A program made the position numbers and the translations under genes. DNA of 64,000 nt from NCBI RefSeq assembly GCF_011045215.1, contig NZ_CP049201.1, one strand, 5' to 3'. This document shows positions 39,062 to 49,165 of the stretch, piece after piece. The notes beneath the pieces are model-generated. The model did not search any database. It was not told where the DNA came from and saw nothing but the letters and a program-made list of their open reading frames with translations. The first letter of the stretch is position 1; each line of letters begins with the position of its first letter. Source of the DNA: Escherichia coli (GTDB lineage: Bacteria > Pseudomonadota > Gammaproteobacteria > Enterobacterales > Enterobacteriaceae).

Positions 39062-40541
39062 ATCCAACACGCTGGTCAAATTTGTGGTGCCCGTTGTTGT
39101 GGTGGTCGGGGTATTCATCGGGCTTAAAGGCTGTGGTGATCCCGCGTCGTCATCAGGCCCGTCAGCACAGCAGACACAGGTTCCGGGGACGCTGTCTCAG
39201 GAGGAGCTGAAGGCGCTGGGTGTTGAGGGTGACACGCCGGAAGACACCCTGCGCACGCTTATCGGGCGTCTCAATCAGGTACGTGAACGTCAGCAGACGC
39301 TGGACGAACAGAACAGCAAACTGCTGAAGGAGAATGAACAACTGCGTAAACGCGGAACGGATGTGTCCGGTCAGCTGAACGATGCCGTGGCAGGACTGCA
39401 GAAAAGTTATGAGGAGAAACAGCGCCAGCTGCAGAACGAGCAGAACACCCTGATGGCAAAGGTGCAGTCCCTGACGGAGCAGCTGGCGCAGCAGGGTGGC
39501 ACCAGTAAGGCAAATACTGACAGCGATATTCCCCTCGGGCTGGGGCTTGACGGACTGAGTGGTTCTCCGGGAAGCGCGGTGTCACAGGGGGCCGATGGCC
39601 TGATGTGGGTGACGCCGGCTGACCAGTCACAGCCTGACCCACGGGATGTGGCAGGGGGTAAAAGTGGTCCCCGTTTCCCCACCTCCTTTCTGGATGATAA
39701 CCCGCTGACCCGTCAGAAGGCGGCGTATGAACAGCAGGTGAAGGGATACAGTAACGAGAAACAACAGGCCACCACACAGGCCGTCTACACCCTGCCGGAG
39801 AATGCCACCCTGGTCGGGAGCCGGGCAATGACGGCCCTGCTGGGGCGGGTGCCGGTCAACGGCACGGTGACAGACCCTTATCCGTTCAAGGTGCTTATCG
39901 GTAAGGACAACCTGACTGCCAACGGCATTGAACTGCCGGATGTGGAAGGGGCCGTGGTGTCCGGTACCGCCAGTGGTGACTGGACGCTCTCCTGTGTGCG
40001 GGGCCAGGTGAACAGTATCACCTTTGTGTTTGCTGACGGGCGGGTTCGCACGCTGCCGGCACCGGATGTGAACGGCACCACCAACAGCAATCAGCAGACG
40101 AAGAACGGGAATAACACCGGCGGCATTGGCTGGATTTCGGATGAGGATGGCATTCCGTGTATCAGTGGCACCCGTAAGTCCAATGCTGCCACATACCTGC
40201 CCACCATTTTCGGTCTGTCTGCCGCGGGGGCGGCCGGTGAGGCCCTGAGTCAGGGGCAGTACACCACGCAGAATAACGTCAACGGCCTTTCTTCTGCGCT
40301 GACCGGGAGTGCCGGGGAGGCGGCACTGGGTAAGGCGATTTCCGGCGGAATGAATGAGACAGCAGAGTGGGTGAAGCAGCGTTACGGGCAGACGTTTGAT
40401 GCCATTTATGTGCCACCGGGAAAAAGGCTGGCCGTTCACATCACCCGCCAGCTGGCGATTGATTACGAAGACCAGGGCCGTAAGGTGCGTTATGACTTCA
40501 CCCTGCCGGGAGAGGCGGACACACAGGGTGGTCTGGACTGA
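39051..40541 (+). CDS. conserved ICE protein with TM anchor, coiled-coil and beta-rich C-terminus (possible VirB10/TraB-like)
   Basis: Architecture only; no catalytic motif. Confidence 0.55.
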   Translation: MQIKSNTLVKFVVPVVVVVGVFIGLKGCGDPASSSGPSAQQTQVPGTLSQEELKALGVEGDTPEDTLRTLIGRLNQVRERQQTLDEQNSKLLKENEQLRKRGTDVSGQLNDAVAGLQKSYEEKQRQLQNEQNTLMAKVQSLTEQLAQQGGTSKANTDSDIPLGLGLDGLSGSPGSAVSQGADGLMWVTPADQSQPDPRDVAGGKSGPRFPTSFLDDNPLTRQKAAYEQQVKGYSNEKQQATTQAVYTLPENATLVGSRAMTALLGRVPVNGTVTDPYPFKVLIGKDNLTANGIELPDVEGAVVSGTASGDWTLSCVRGQVNSITFVFADGRVRTLPAPDVNGTTNSNQQTKNGNNTGGIGWISDEDGIPCISGTRKSNAATYLPTIFGLSAAGAAGEALSQGQYTTQNNVNGLSSALTGSAGEAALGKAISGGMNETAEWVKQRYGQTFDAIYVPPGKRLAVHITRQLAIDYEDQGRKVRYDFTLPGEADTQGGLD

Positions 40542-40552
40542 AGGAGAATGAG

Positions 40553-40996
40553 ATGAAACCAGATTGTTCACGCCTGCGTGTTTCAGGCAGAACGCTGTTA
40601 CCGTTACTGGTACTGACAGGGGCTGTGCTGGCCGGCGGCTGTTCCACGTCAAAAGAGGAACTGCTGCCCGCCGGGGAGCAGTCGATGCTGGAAATCTGGC
40701 AGGGGCAGTCTGGCGGCGGAAGTGCCCGTTCTGCTGCGGCAGCCCGTGACACACTGCGGCGTCCGCTGACAGAAACGGAACAGCAGGACGCTGCGCAGAC
40801 GGACCGCAGTTACAGCCGGACACAGGAGAGTGAAATCAGCCAGCAGTTTCCACGACTGCCCAACCCGGACATGGTGATGTATGTCTTTCCGCACCTTGCA
40901 GAGGGGAACTCACCGGTACCGGGCTACAGCACGGTGTTTTCATTTTACAGCCAGACGCAGTATGCGATGCCCGGTGAACGCACGGCAGCGTTCTGA
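40553..40996 (+). CDS. conjugal transfer lipoprotein
   Basis: Lipobox LAGGC after a signal peptide. Confidence 0.55.
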   Translation: MKPDCSRLRVSGRTLLPLLVLTGAVLAGGCSTSKEELLPAGEQSMLEIWQGQSGGGSARSAAAARDTLRRPLTETEQQDAAQTDRSYSRTQESEISQQFPRLPNPDMVMYVFPHLAEGNSPVPGYSTVFSFYSQTQYAMPGERTAAF

Positions 40997-41070
40997 CGGG
41001 GCGGATGAGCTGAGTGATGGTGCCGGCGTGATGCCGGCGGTTTATCAACGTATGTTAAGGGACAAGTAAA

Positions 41071-43899
41071 ATGGGTTTCCCGCTGTTTAAAAAGAAAGTG
41101 AAACCGGCAATATCTGCAGAGACGACCGTGTCAGCAGAATGCGCGCAGCATTCCGGAGGCGATGACGCCGGTACTCCCCGTAACCAGACCCGCCCCGGGC
41201 GAATGACCCGTCAGGAGGAGGCGAAGATTTACCATGCGGGCCCGTCCATTATTGATTTTCTGCCCTGGGTGGAATATCTGGATGAAGAGCAGTGCCTGCT
41301 GCTGGATGACGGAGTGTCGGTCGGTGCCGTGTATGAGGTGACACCTGCGGCCACGGAAGGGCGCACGGCAGAGCGTCTTGAGCAAATCCGTGACACGGTG
41401 GAGGATGCCCTGCAGGACAGCTTTGATGAATACGACACTCACCCCTGGGTGGTGCAGTTCTTCTGTCAGGATGAAAATGATGTGGATGCGTATCTTGACC
41501 ATCTGAGGGGGTATGTGAAGCCCCGTGCGCAGCACACCGCTTTTACAGAGGCCTGGCTGGGCGAGATGGAACGGCATCTGCGGGGAATTGCCCGCCCGGA
41601 AGGGCTTTTCACGGACACGCTGGTGACCGGTCAGCCCTGGCGTGGTCAGCAGCGACGGACCCGGATGGTGGTGTACCGCCGTATCGGGAAAAACAGCCAT
41701 GACCCGATGCCGCCGGTGGCGATGCTGAACCAGGTGTGTGAACGCGTGGTGGGGGCGCTGGGCGGGGCGGGGGTGCGCTGTACCCGTCTGAACGGTCTGC
41801 AGGTACATGGCTGGCTGCTCAGACTGTTCAATCCCCGGCCGGCGTGGGTGGACAGGGACACACTGTACCGTCTGGCCACCCGTGCAGCGCCGCAGGAGAC
41901 ACCGGAGGGCATGATGCCGGTGATGACCGACTTTGCAGAAAGTCTCTGGTTCACGCCGCCGGTGTCGGATCCGGAAAACGGCGTGTGGTGGCTGGACGGA
42001 CTTCCGCATGCCGCCGTGGTGGTGGAGAAACTGCGTACACCCCCGGAGGCAGGGACGCTGACCGGTGAGAAGGCCCGGGGCGAAAAGACGGTGAATGCCC
42101 TGATGGATACGTTCCCTGAAGGCACCATGCTGTGCATGACCATTGTGGTACAGCCGCAGGACACACTCGAGGAGCGTTTTACCCGTCTGTCAAAAAATGC
42201 GGTCGGGGAAAACACAGAGTCCATTCGTGCCCGTCAGGATGTGGCCACCGTGAAGGAATATCTGGGGAACCGCCACAAACTTTACCGGGCGGGGATCAGT
42301 TTTCTGTTACGGGCTGAGGATATGGACAGCCTGAAGCGTAAGCGGGTGGCCCTGACCACGGCACTGCTGGGCGCCGGCCTGCAGCCGGTACGCCCGGAGT
42401 TTGATGTGGGGCCACTGAACAGCTGGCTGCGCGCGCTGCCCATGTGTTTTGACCCGGATACGGACAGGAAGCAGTGGTACACGCGTCTGATGTGGGTGCA
42501 GCATCTGGCTGGTCTCCTGCCGGTGACCGGGCGGGAGACGGGCACCGGTCACCCCGGATTCAGTTTCTTTAACCGGGGTGGGGATGTGCTGACCTTTGAT
42601 CCGCTGAATAAACTGGACCGCACCCAGAATGCGCACCTGCTGCTGTTTGGTCCGACCGGCGCCGGGAAATCCGCCACGCTGTGCTCCTCGCTGTCGCAGA
42701 TCATGGCCGTACATCGCCCCCGTCTTTTTATTGCTGAAGCCGGGAACTCGTTCGGGCTGCTGGCGGATTATTTTGAGAGCCTCGGGCTGAGCGTCAACAA
42801 AATCAGCGTGAAACCGGGCACCGGTGTCAGCCTGCCACCGTTTGCGGATGCACATCACCTGGTGGCACAGGGACAGACCCTGCAGGATGTGGATGAACAG
42901 ACACTGCCGGATATTGATGATGACACGCAGGACGTGAATGAGGACCAGCGCGATATCCTGGGAGAAATGGAGATCTCTGCCCGCATGATGATCACCGGGG
43001 GGGATCCGAAGGAAGAGGCGGCACTCAAACGGGCGGACAGGGCGATGATCCGTGAAGCCCTGCTGATGGCCACGCACACCACATACCGGGAGGGACGCCA
43101 GATGCTGCCGGCGGATTTGCAGTCGGCACTGTGGGAAATCTCCCGGGACAGTCAGCGAAATGAACTCCGGCGGACGAAAGCGGCAGAGATGGCGGAAGCG
43201 CTGGGGATGTTCACTCAGCCGGGCAGTTTTGAAGCGGAGCTGTTTAACCGGGAGGGGGCGCTGTGGCCGGAAGCGGATGTGACGCTGATTGACCTGGGGC
43301 ATCTGGCCCGTGAAGGGTATGAAGCCCAGATGGCGCTGACCATGGTGTCGATGACCAACATGATTAACAACATCGCGGAGCGTGACCAGTATCTGGGGCG
43401 GGACATTCTGTTTGCGGTGGATGAGGCACACATTGTGACGGTGAATCCGTTGCTGTCCCCGTACATGACCAAGGTGGTGAAAATGTGGCGCAAGCTGGGC
43501 GCCTGGCTGTGGCTGGCCACGCAGAACCTGAAAGACTATCCGAATGTCGCCGAGAAGATGCTGAATATGGCCGAGTGGTGGGTGTGCCTGACCATGCCGC
43601 CGGAGGAGGTGAACAGCATTGCTCGTTTTAAGGCACTGACAGAGGAACAGAAAGCGGTGCTGCTGTCAGCCGGCAAACTGTCGGGGTGTTACACGGAAGG
43701 GGTGGTGCTGGCGAAGAAGGTGGAGGCGCTGTTCCGGGTGGTGCCCCCGAGTATTTACCTGGCGCTGGGGATGACGGAGAAGGAGGAGAAGGCGGAGCGC
43801 CGGGCGTTAATGAAAGCGCATCAGTGCAGCGAGCTGGAAGCCGCATTTCATGTGGCCCGGAAGCTGGACAGGCTGCGTGGGCTGGCTGACGGGGAGTAA
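41071..43899 (+). CDS. conjugative transfer ATPase (VirB4/TraC-like)
   Basis: 942 aa with Walker A LLLFGPTGAGKSAT and Walker B FAVDEAH. Confidence 0.85.
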   Translation: MGFPLFKKKVKPAISAETTVSAECAQHSGGDDAGTPRNQTRPGRMTRQEEAKIYHAGPSIIDFLPWVEYLDEEQCLLLDDGVSVGAVYEVTPAATEGRTAERLEQIRDTVEDALQDSFDEYDTHPWVVQFFCQDENDVDAYLDHLRGYVKPRAQHTAFTEAWLGEMERHLRGIARPEGLFTDTLVTGQPWRGQQRRTRMVVYRRIGKNSHDPMPPVAMLNQVCERVVGALGGAGVRCTRLNGLQVHGWLLRLFNPRPAWVDRDTLYRLATRAAPQETPEGMMPVMTDFAESLWFTPPVSDPENGVWWLDGLPHAAVVVEKLRTPPEAGTLTGEKARGEKTVNALMDTFPEGTMLCMTIVVQPQDTLEERFTRLSKNAVGENTESIRARQDVATVKEYLGNRHKLYRAGISFLLRAEDMDSLKRKRVALTTALLGAGLQPVRPEFDVGPLNSWLRALPMCFDPDTDRKQWYTRLMWVQHLAGLLPVTGRETGTGHPGFSFFNRGGDVLTFDPLNKLDRTQNAHLLLFGPTGAGKSATLCSSLSQIMAVHRPRLFIAEAGNSFGLLADYFESLGLSVNKISVKPGTGVSLPPFADAHHLVAQGQTLQDVDEQTLPDIDDDTQDVNEDQRDILGEMEISARMMITGGDPKEEAALKRADRAMIREALLMATHTTYREGRQMLPADLQSALWEISRDSQRNELRRTKAAEMAEALGMFTQPGSFEAELFNREGALWPEADVTLIDLGHLAREGYEAQMALTMVSMTNMINNIAERDQYLGRDILFAVDEAHIVTVNPLLSPYMTKVVKMWRKLGAWLWLATQNLKDYPNVAEKMLNMAEWWVCLTMPPEEVNSIARFKALTEEQKAVLLSAGKLSGCYTEGVVLAKKVEALFRVVPPSIYLALGMTEKEEKAERRALMKAHQCSELEAAFHVARKLDRLRGLADGE

Positions 43900-43902
43900 G
43901 AC

Positions 43903-44284
43903 GATGCTGTGCCTGAAATATCCGGAGCCGGAAGAGGTGTCACAGGGGCATCCTGCCGGAAGTGTGTTTGTGCTGCCGCCACAGGGGCAGCCCGGTGCCA
44001 GCCGTGCCACCCGGGATAATCTTGAGCGTCTGCGCGGACATCTGCAGAAGCAACTGGGGCTGGTGACGCGTATCTGTTGCCAGCCTCAGCGTGTGGGGGT
44101 GAACAGCAGCGTGGCGGTGGCACTGGAAGGGGGGACGGGGCAAAAGGTGCATCTTCTGCTGACGGTAAGTGGTCATGAGGGCTGGCCGTCGGAGGAGGAG
44201 TATGCGCATCCCCGCTGGTATATCCCGGTGACCGATGCTGCTGATTTGTGTTATCTGCTGCTGTGGCTGGCTGAGTTACAGTGA
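43903..44284 (+). CDS. hypothetical ICE protein (127 aa)
   Basis: ORF immediately after the ATPase gene. Confidence 0.45.
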
Positions 44285-44383
44285 GGGGATATGTGCACTG
44301 ATTTTAATGCTGCTCCGGGGCTCGCACTGACCGGGATGACAGTGATATATGGCGTATTGCAGATTAAGTAAAGAGGATGAAGT

Positions 44384-44626
44384 ATGAACTCTGGTTATGA
44401 TTTACCGGGAGGGTTGGGGCCGGTAAGGGAACGGATAATCGATGACCCATGGTTTTTTCTGTCTGTCGCACTGATTCTGTTGGTCGTGGTATATGTCGTG
44501 TCACTGGGGCTGAAAGAAGTCATTTTCAGTGTCAGAAAGGGTAAAGGGAAGAGAAATATGCTCAGGAAGGCGTACCGCTCCCGGGGCTCTGCTGAGGTGC
44601 GGGGGATGAAAAAGTCTGAGAAATGA
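44384..44626 (+). CDS. small membrane protein (80 aa)
   Basis: AGAGGA RBS; single TM helix, basic C-terminus. Confidence 0.45.
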   Translation: MNSGYDLPGGLGPVRERIIDDPWFFLSVALILLVVVYVVSLGLKEVIFSVRKGKGKRNMLRKAYRSRGSAEVRGMKKSEK

Positions 44627-44710
44627 ATCAGGTTATTATAAAAGGTGATATGTTTTTATTAGTATTACAGAACAGATATGTTATTTACAGCCTGATACAT
44701 TTTCCGTTTG

Positions 44711-44733
44711 CCGCACTCCGGTGCGGTTTTTTC
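44711..44733 (+). terminator. rho-independent terminator
   Basis: CCGCACtccgGTGCGG followed by TTTTTTCTT. Confidence 0.6.
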
Positions 44734-45608
44734 TTCCTGAATGTCTGTTTTTAACAGGGGCGCAGTGGCGGATGTGTATTCTGTGCTGCCCTGCGAGTAC
44801 CCGCAGAGTCATATCTGTTCATGAGCGATTCACATTGCTGCAGTTGAAATAACCCTGTACTTTTTGCAACAATATAAGGTGTTGGTAGTGTTTATTTTCC
44901 ATAATGACAAATCCGGAGTGATATTGCCTGCAGGTGGCGGGCATTTTTTTTAGTATATCTTCGCATGAGCCATTGCCATACCGCTGACTTTTTTTCGCGC
45001 TTACGTCACAGGTGATGGCTCAGCCGAAGATATACTGGTTGCAGAGATGAAGTATGGCTGTTCGTTATAAAATTACGGCAATAATAATGAAGCCCGGTAA
45101 TCCACCGGTGCTCTGGACCCGTTACTCCGGAAATAAAATGACCCGGGCTGAGTGTGAGAATATGTTTTCCATTCCAAAAGAGCCTGGTCGTTCTTTTGGC
45201 GATAAGGTAAAAGTACAGGATTTTCTGTGTGTGGCGGTTGAAGGTGAAAAAGTCTGAAAATGCCATGTTGCAATAAAAATGAATGTTATATGATGATAAC
45301 ATCCGGGTTGCCAGGTGAACTGGCTCATGATGATATGATGAGGCATGAACGCTAAACCTCCTTACATTGAGACGTAATTTTTCCGGGCCTGGTTGCCCGG
45401 TTTTTTTATTACGGAATACACAAAAATCCGAAATGCGATATATGAACGGAACTTACGGGCAGTAATATTCTGTGAGTTTTCCCGGTGGCATACCTGTGCC
45501 ATGAGCGCCTTGTTCTGATGCCTTGTGGGCTGACAGGCAATAACAATATAGTGTGAAAAATGCCTGATTTCAGCGTGCCGTGGTTCCTCCGGATAATACA
45601 CCGTTGAA

Positions 45609-45818
45609 TTATTTTCTGAAAAACTTTCTGAGCAGGGCGCCAGCGATTAATAAGCCACTGCATATCAGTATGAGCAGAATTGAGACGCCAAAAGCGGGAG
45701 GTGGGCATTCCCATTCATTCGGGCATTCCCCGTTCAGATAAACAATGTATGTGCTGGTTGCGATATAACCCGCAATCAGTATTATCAGCACCAGTATGGT
45801 GTTAAATATTTTATACAT
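45609..45818 (-). CDS. small two-TM membrane protein (69 aa) in an AT-rich insert
   Basis: GGAG RBS 7 nt upstream of the second ATG; two hydrophobic helices separated by CPNEWECPPP. Confidence 0.4.
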   Translation of the reverse strand: MYKIFNTILVLIILIAGYIATSTYIVYLNGECPNEWECPPPAFGVSILLILICSGLLIAGALLRKFFRK

Positions 45819-46002
45819 CGGCATACTCCGTGATTGTCCTGTGTCCTCTCCGGGATTCTGACAGCGCTCCGGGCTGATTGTTCATGAATTTTACCTGTTG
45901 CTCTTCCCGTTAATTTTCAGTATCCGGTTTTGAATTAATTGATGACCCTGCTTCCGGTTCTGCGCACGCTGTCAGGTATGTATTGCCTGACGGAGTCATT
46001 CC

Positions 46003-46398
46003 ATGTACCGGAAGCTGTTGTATTCCTTTCTTGCCCTGCCGGTGATATCAGTTGCCGGCACTGCCGTTTATACCGACTCGGCACATTTGCCGGTTAATCC
46101 GCCCCCTGATGTACAGGTTGTGTTGCTCGACGGGCCACAGCAACTGCAGGATGCTTTTTTCGGCCCGTTGCCGGCTGACCCTGAAGCTGCTGAGGTGGTT
46201 GTTCGTGAGCACATGCAGTCCCCTGAATGGCAGTCTGTACAGGCTGACCTTGCAGACCGTTACCGCCAGGTGACCCACGCCTGGTCGCTGGGGCTTAAAA
46301 AATACCCTGCGGTGGTGTTCGATGACCGGGAAGTGGTGTACGGCACCACCGATGTGGCACAGGCTGAACGACTCCGGAGTCAGGGAGGTCAGCCATGA
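46003..46398 (+). CDS. conserved ICE periplasmic protein (131 aa)
   Basis: Signal peptide MYRKLLYSFLALPVISVAGTA. Confidence 0.5.
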   Translation: MYRKLLYSFLALPVISVAGTAVYTDSAHLPVNPPPDVQVVLLDGPQQLQDAFFGPLPADPEAAEVVVREHMQSPEWQSVQADLADRYRQVTHAWSLGLKKYPAVVFDDREVVYGTTDVAQAERLRSQGGQP

Positions 46399-47369
46399 CG
46401 GGTCTGCGAACACGACGTTATGCTGGCGCATTTTTGTTGTGGACAGCGACTGTTTCTGTGGCTGACGCTTCCCTGAATACGGCACAGATAGTGGCCGGTG
46501 CCATTTCTCAGAGCTGCATCAGCTGGCGGGTCAGTGGTATCTGTTACTGGCTGCACTGCTCCTGGTCGGGGTGTCGGGTCAGAACGTCCGTGAAGGTCTC
46601 ACATTTTATTCCTGAAGCCGTGGTGTCCACCTATACCGCACCGGGTGGTAACCCCTGGCGGGAGATGGCTCTGGTCAGTCAGACATCCGGCGGTGTGGAG
46701 AACGCCATCAGCAGCGGGATTGCCGGGCTGTCTGCCGGCGGGGGAAACCCGGCAGATATGAAATCGCCGGGGCAGCGTAAATCTGCTATCCGTTTCAGAT
46801 ACGCGGATGCGCTGGGACATCCGGCCACGTTGCTTATCGGGGGCAGCATTCCCGGGTATTCGTGTGAATCAGCTGCCACACCACTGAGGCCTTATTTTCT
46901 CAGCACACTGGACAGTCTTGCCTGGCGCACCGGCATGCCTGAATCCCTTTATCCCGAAGCCATGATACCCGGCAGACGGGAGCTGGGAAGCCAGCGCAAT
47001 GCGGACATGTGGGGAAATATCTACCCCCGTTCCGGTTTTGTCAGCCAGACCGATGATGACAAAGCGGCTGCCCTGGTGGCCCAGCGGGTGGCGGATATTA
47101 TCACCCGCACCGGTGAGCCCCACGTCTATCAGTCTCTGCAGGGCCGAAAAAAAGATGGCTACTGGCCACCGGATGCGGTGGAAGAAAACACCGGCACCCG
47201 TAATCACAAGTGGCAGCGCCTGACCCCTTCTGTTTCTTCATCCTGCGCCGTGTTTCCGGATGGCAGCCATGCCGCGCCGGAGGACGGTAATGCCGCTTTT
47301 GCCCTGTGGCGTCCCTACAGTTGCTGTAAAAAGCGGGGCCAGAAATTCCTGGGCAGTACGAATTTTTAG
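46395..47369 (+). CDS. TraU-like conjugal transfer protein
   Basis: Signal peptide and Cys-rich pattern similar to F-type TraU (SQSCISWRVSGICYWLHCSWSGC). Confidence 0.6.
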   Translation: MTGLRTRRYAGAFLLWTATVSVADASLNTAQIVAGAISQSCISWRVSGICYWLHCSWSGCRVRTSVKVSHFIPEAVVSTYTAPGGNPWREMALVSQTSGGVENAISSGIAGLSAGGGNPADMKSPGQRKSAIRFRYADALGHPATLLIGGSIPGYSCESAATPLRPYFLSTLDSLAWRTGMPESLYPEAMIPGRRELGSQRNADMWGNIYPRSGFVSQTDDDKAAALVAQRVADIITRTGEPHVYQSLQGRKKDGYWPPDAVEENTGTRNHKWQRLTPSVSSSCAVFPDGSHAAPEDGNAAFALWRPYSCCKKRGQKFLGSTNF

Positions 47370-47382
47370 AGGAAAGCAAATC

Positions 47383-48837
47383 ATGAAGCATAAACCACAA
47401 CTGACAAACATCGTGGCACTGGCGGTCATGCTGGCCTGCAGCACCATGGCCGGTGCGGCGGAGAATGAACGCAGTACGTTCGGTCTCTCCCTGCCACAGG
47501 TGAATGACAGTGCCATCGGGTACGGAAAATCCATTGACGGTGCCATCTCGGACAAACTGTTTTACACCCTGGGGGGCGGTTCAGTGATATCGCAGCCGGC
47601 AACCCGGAGCAACATGAAGAAGCTCGGGGTGGATATTGGCTGGAGCAGTAACCTGATGTGCGGCAACTTTGACCTGAAAACCACGGTGAGTAATCAGCTG
47701 AACGGGGTGACGGACGGTTTTAAAAACCTGATGGGGGATGTGATACAGGGGGCGACGGGGGCGGTGGCCAGCCTGCCGGCGATGATTATCCAGCGGGCGA
47801 ATCCGGGACTGTATGATGCCCTGACCAACGGGGTACTGCAGGCGAATGTGGCGTTCGACAAGGCACAGCTGAACTGCCAGAACATGGCGAAGCGCATGAT
47901 GGAGTTCTCGGACAGCAGCAAGTGGACACAGGCTGCGGTTATGGAGGAGTACAAGTCACTGGTTAACAGTGGTGAGGCGGATGCTGTCAGTGCAGATAAT
48001 AAAGCACAGAAAATGACCGGAAAAAAAGGGAGTACCTGGATTGGTGGGCAGAGTCGTGGTGGTGCCGGACAGCCGGCTATTCGGCCCACGCATGATCTGG
48101 CCGCGGCGGGTTTTAACATGATGAATAACCTGCCGGTCACCAGTACATCCACGATCAGTGCGGCCAGTTGTACCGGAAGTGTCTGCAGTAAGTTCAGCAA
48201 TGCTGAAGAGGCGGCAAAGGCGGTGGTGAAAGTGCTGGGCGATCGTTCCATGCGGACCTGCGTGAATGCAACAGAGTGTACCAGCGGAGATGAAGATCAG
48301 CAGCCGGGGACGTCTGTTGCCGGAACGGGGTTTGCCCCGATGCTGGAGGAAGCGGTGAAAGTGAATACAGAGCAACTGGTGAAACTGGTTAATGGCACGG
48401 AAAAACCGACAGCCGCAAATCTGGCCAGACTCCGGTCAGGCAGTCTGACGGTAACGGCCGGAGTGATTAAGGCGCTGCAACGGGATCCGGATAATGCGGC
48501 GCTGACCGGACGTCTGGCTGGCGAACTGGCCATGGCAGATACGGTGGAGACGGCACTGCTGATGCGCAGGATGATTATGACGGGGATGTCGGAACCAAAT
48601 GCAACAGAGCAGCCTCGTGCTGTTGCTGACGGGGAGCGTCGTATTGAGGCGCTGGACCGGGAGATTGCCGCGCTGAAAAACGAGATGGAACTGAAGCGTG
48701 AACTGGCCCGTAACAGCGTACTGACCATTATTGAGCGTGAGAATCAGCGTGTTGGCGTTAACCCGCAGACGGAAAGTGCGGACAGCTCTGATACCCGAAT
48801 TAATCAACTGGAGCAGGGAACAGATGAAGATGAATAA
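47383..48837 (+). CDS. conserved ICE periplasmic protein (484 aa; possible mating-pair component)
   Basis: Signal peptide, Cys pairs, C-terminal coiled coil. Confidence 0.55.
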   Translation: MKHKPQLTNIVALAVMLACSTMAGAAENERSTFGLSLPQVNDSAIGYGKSIDGAISDKLFYTLGGGSVISQPATRSNMKKLGVDIGWSSNLMCGNFDLKTTVSNQLNGVTDGFKNLMGDVIQGATGAVASLPAMIIQRANPGLYDALTNGVLQANVAFDKAQLNCQNMAKRMMEFSDSSKWTQAAVMEEYKSLVNSGEADAVSADNKAQKMTGKKGSTWIGGQSRGGAGQPAIRPTHDLAAAGFNMMNNLPVTSTSTISAASCTGSVCSKFSNAEEAAKAVVKVLGDRSMRTCVNATECTSGDEDQQPGTSVAGTGFAPMLEEAVKVNTEQLVKLVNGTEKPTAANLARLRSGSLTVTAGVIKALQRDPDNAALTGRLAGELAMADTVETALLMRRMIMTGMSEPNATEQPRAVADGERRIEALDREIAALKNEMELKRELARNSVLTIIERENQRVGVNPQTESADSSDTRINQLEQGTDEDE

Positions 48838-49165
48838 ACGTAACGCCCGTCAGCGTCTGAAAGCGGTGCTGCTCACAGGCGGTATCCTGCTGGCATTTAT
48901 GGTGGTGGCGCTGTTCATTGCGGATGTGGCCATTCGTCATCCTGAAGGGACAGCTACGTTCAGTTCGTGGATGCGGGCTCACCGTTCTGGCTGGCTGCTC
49001 TGGCGTCTGTGCATTTATATCCTGCTGGGCTGGGGTATCTGGCGTATCGTGCATGCGCCGGGGTTCCGGGCGGAATACCGCCAGCCGTTGATGCGTATCT
49101 GTTGCGCCAGTGTGGCGTTTATTCTGGTCTGTGAATATGCGCTGCTGAAGGCGCAGGGAGGCTGA
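48824..49165 (+). CDS. small ICE membrane protein
   Basis: Overlaps the upstream stop; three hydrophobic segments. Confidence 0.45.
   Translation: MKMNKRNARQRLKAVLLTGGILLAFMVVALFIADVAIRHPEGTATFSSWMRAHRSGWLLWRLCIYILLGWGIWRIVHAPGFRAEYRQPLMRICCASVAFILVCEYALLKAQGG

Noticed and set aside
39627-43431. Long minus-strand ORFs (398 aa, 374 aa, 292 aa) in the transfer cluster
   Set aside because: Antisense to motif-supported plus-strand genes (the 39051..40541 protein and the VirB4-like ATPase); no RBS and Arg/Pro-rich low-complexity translations.
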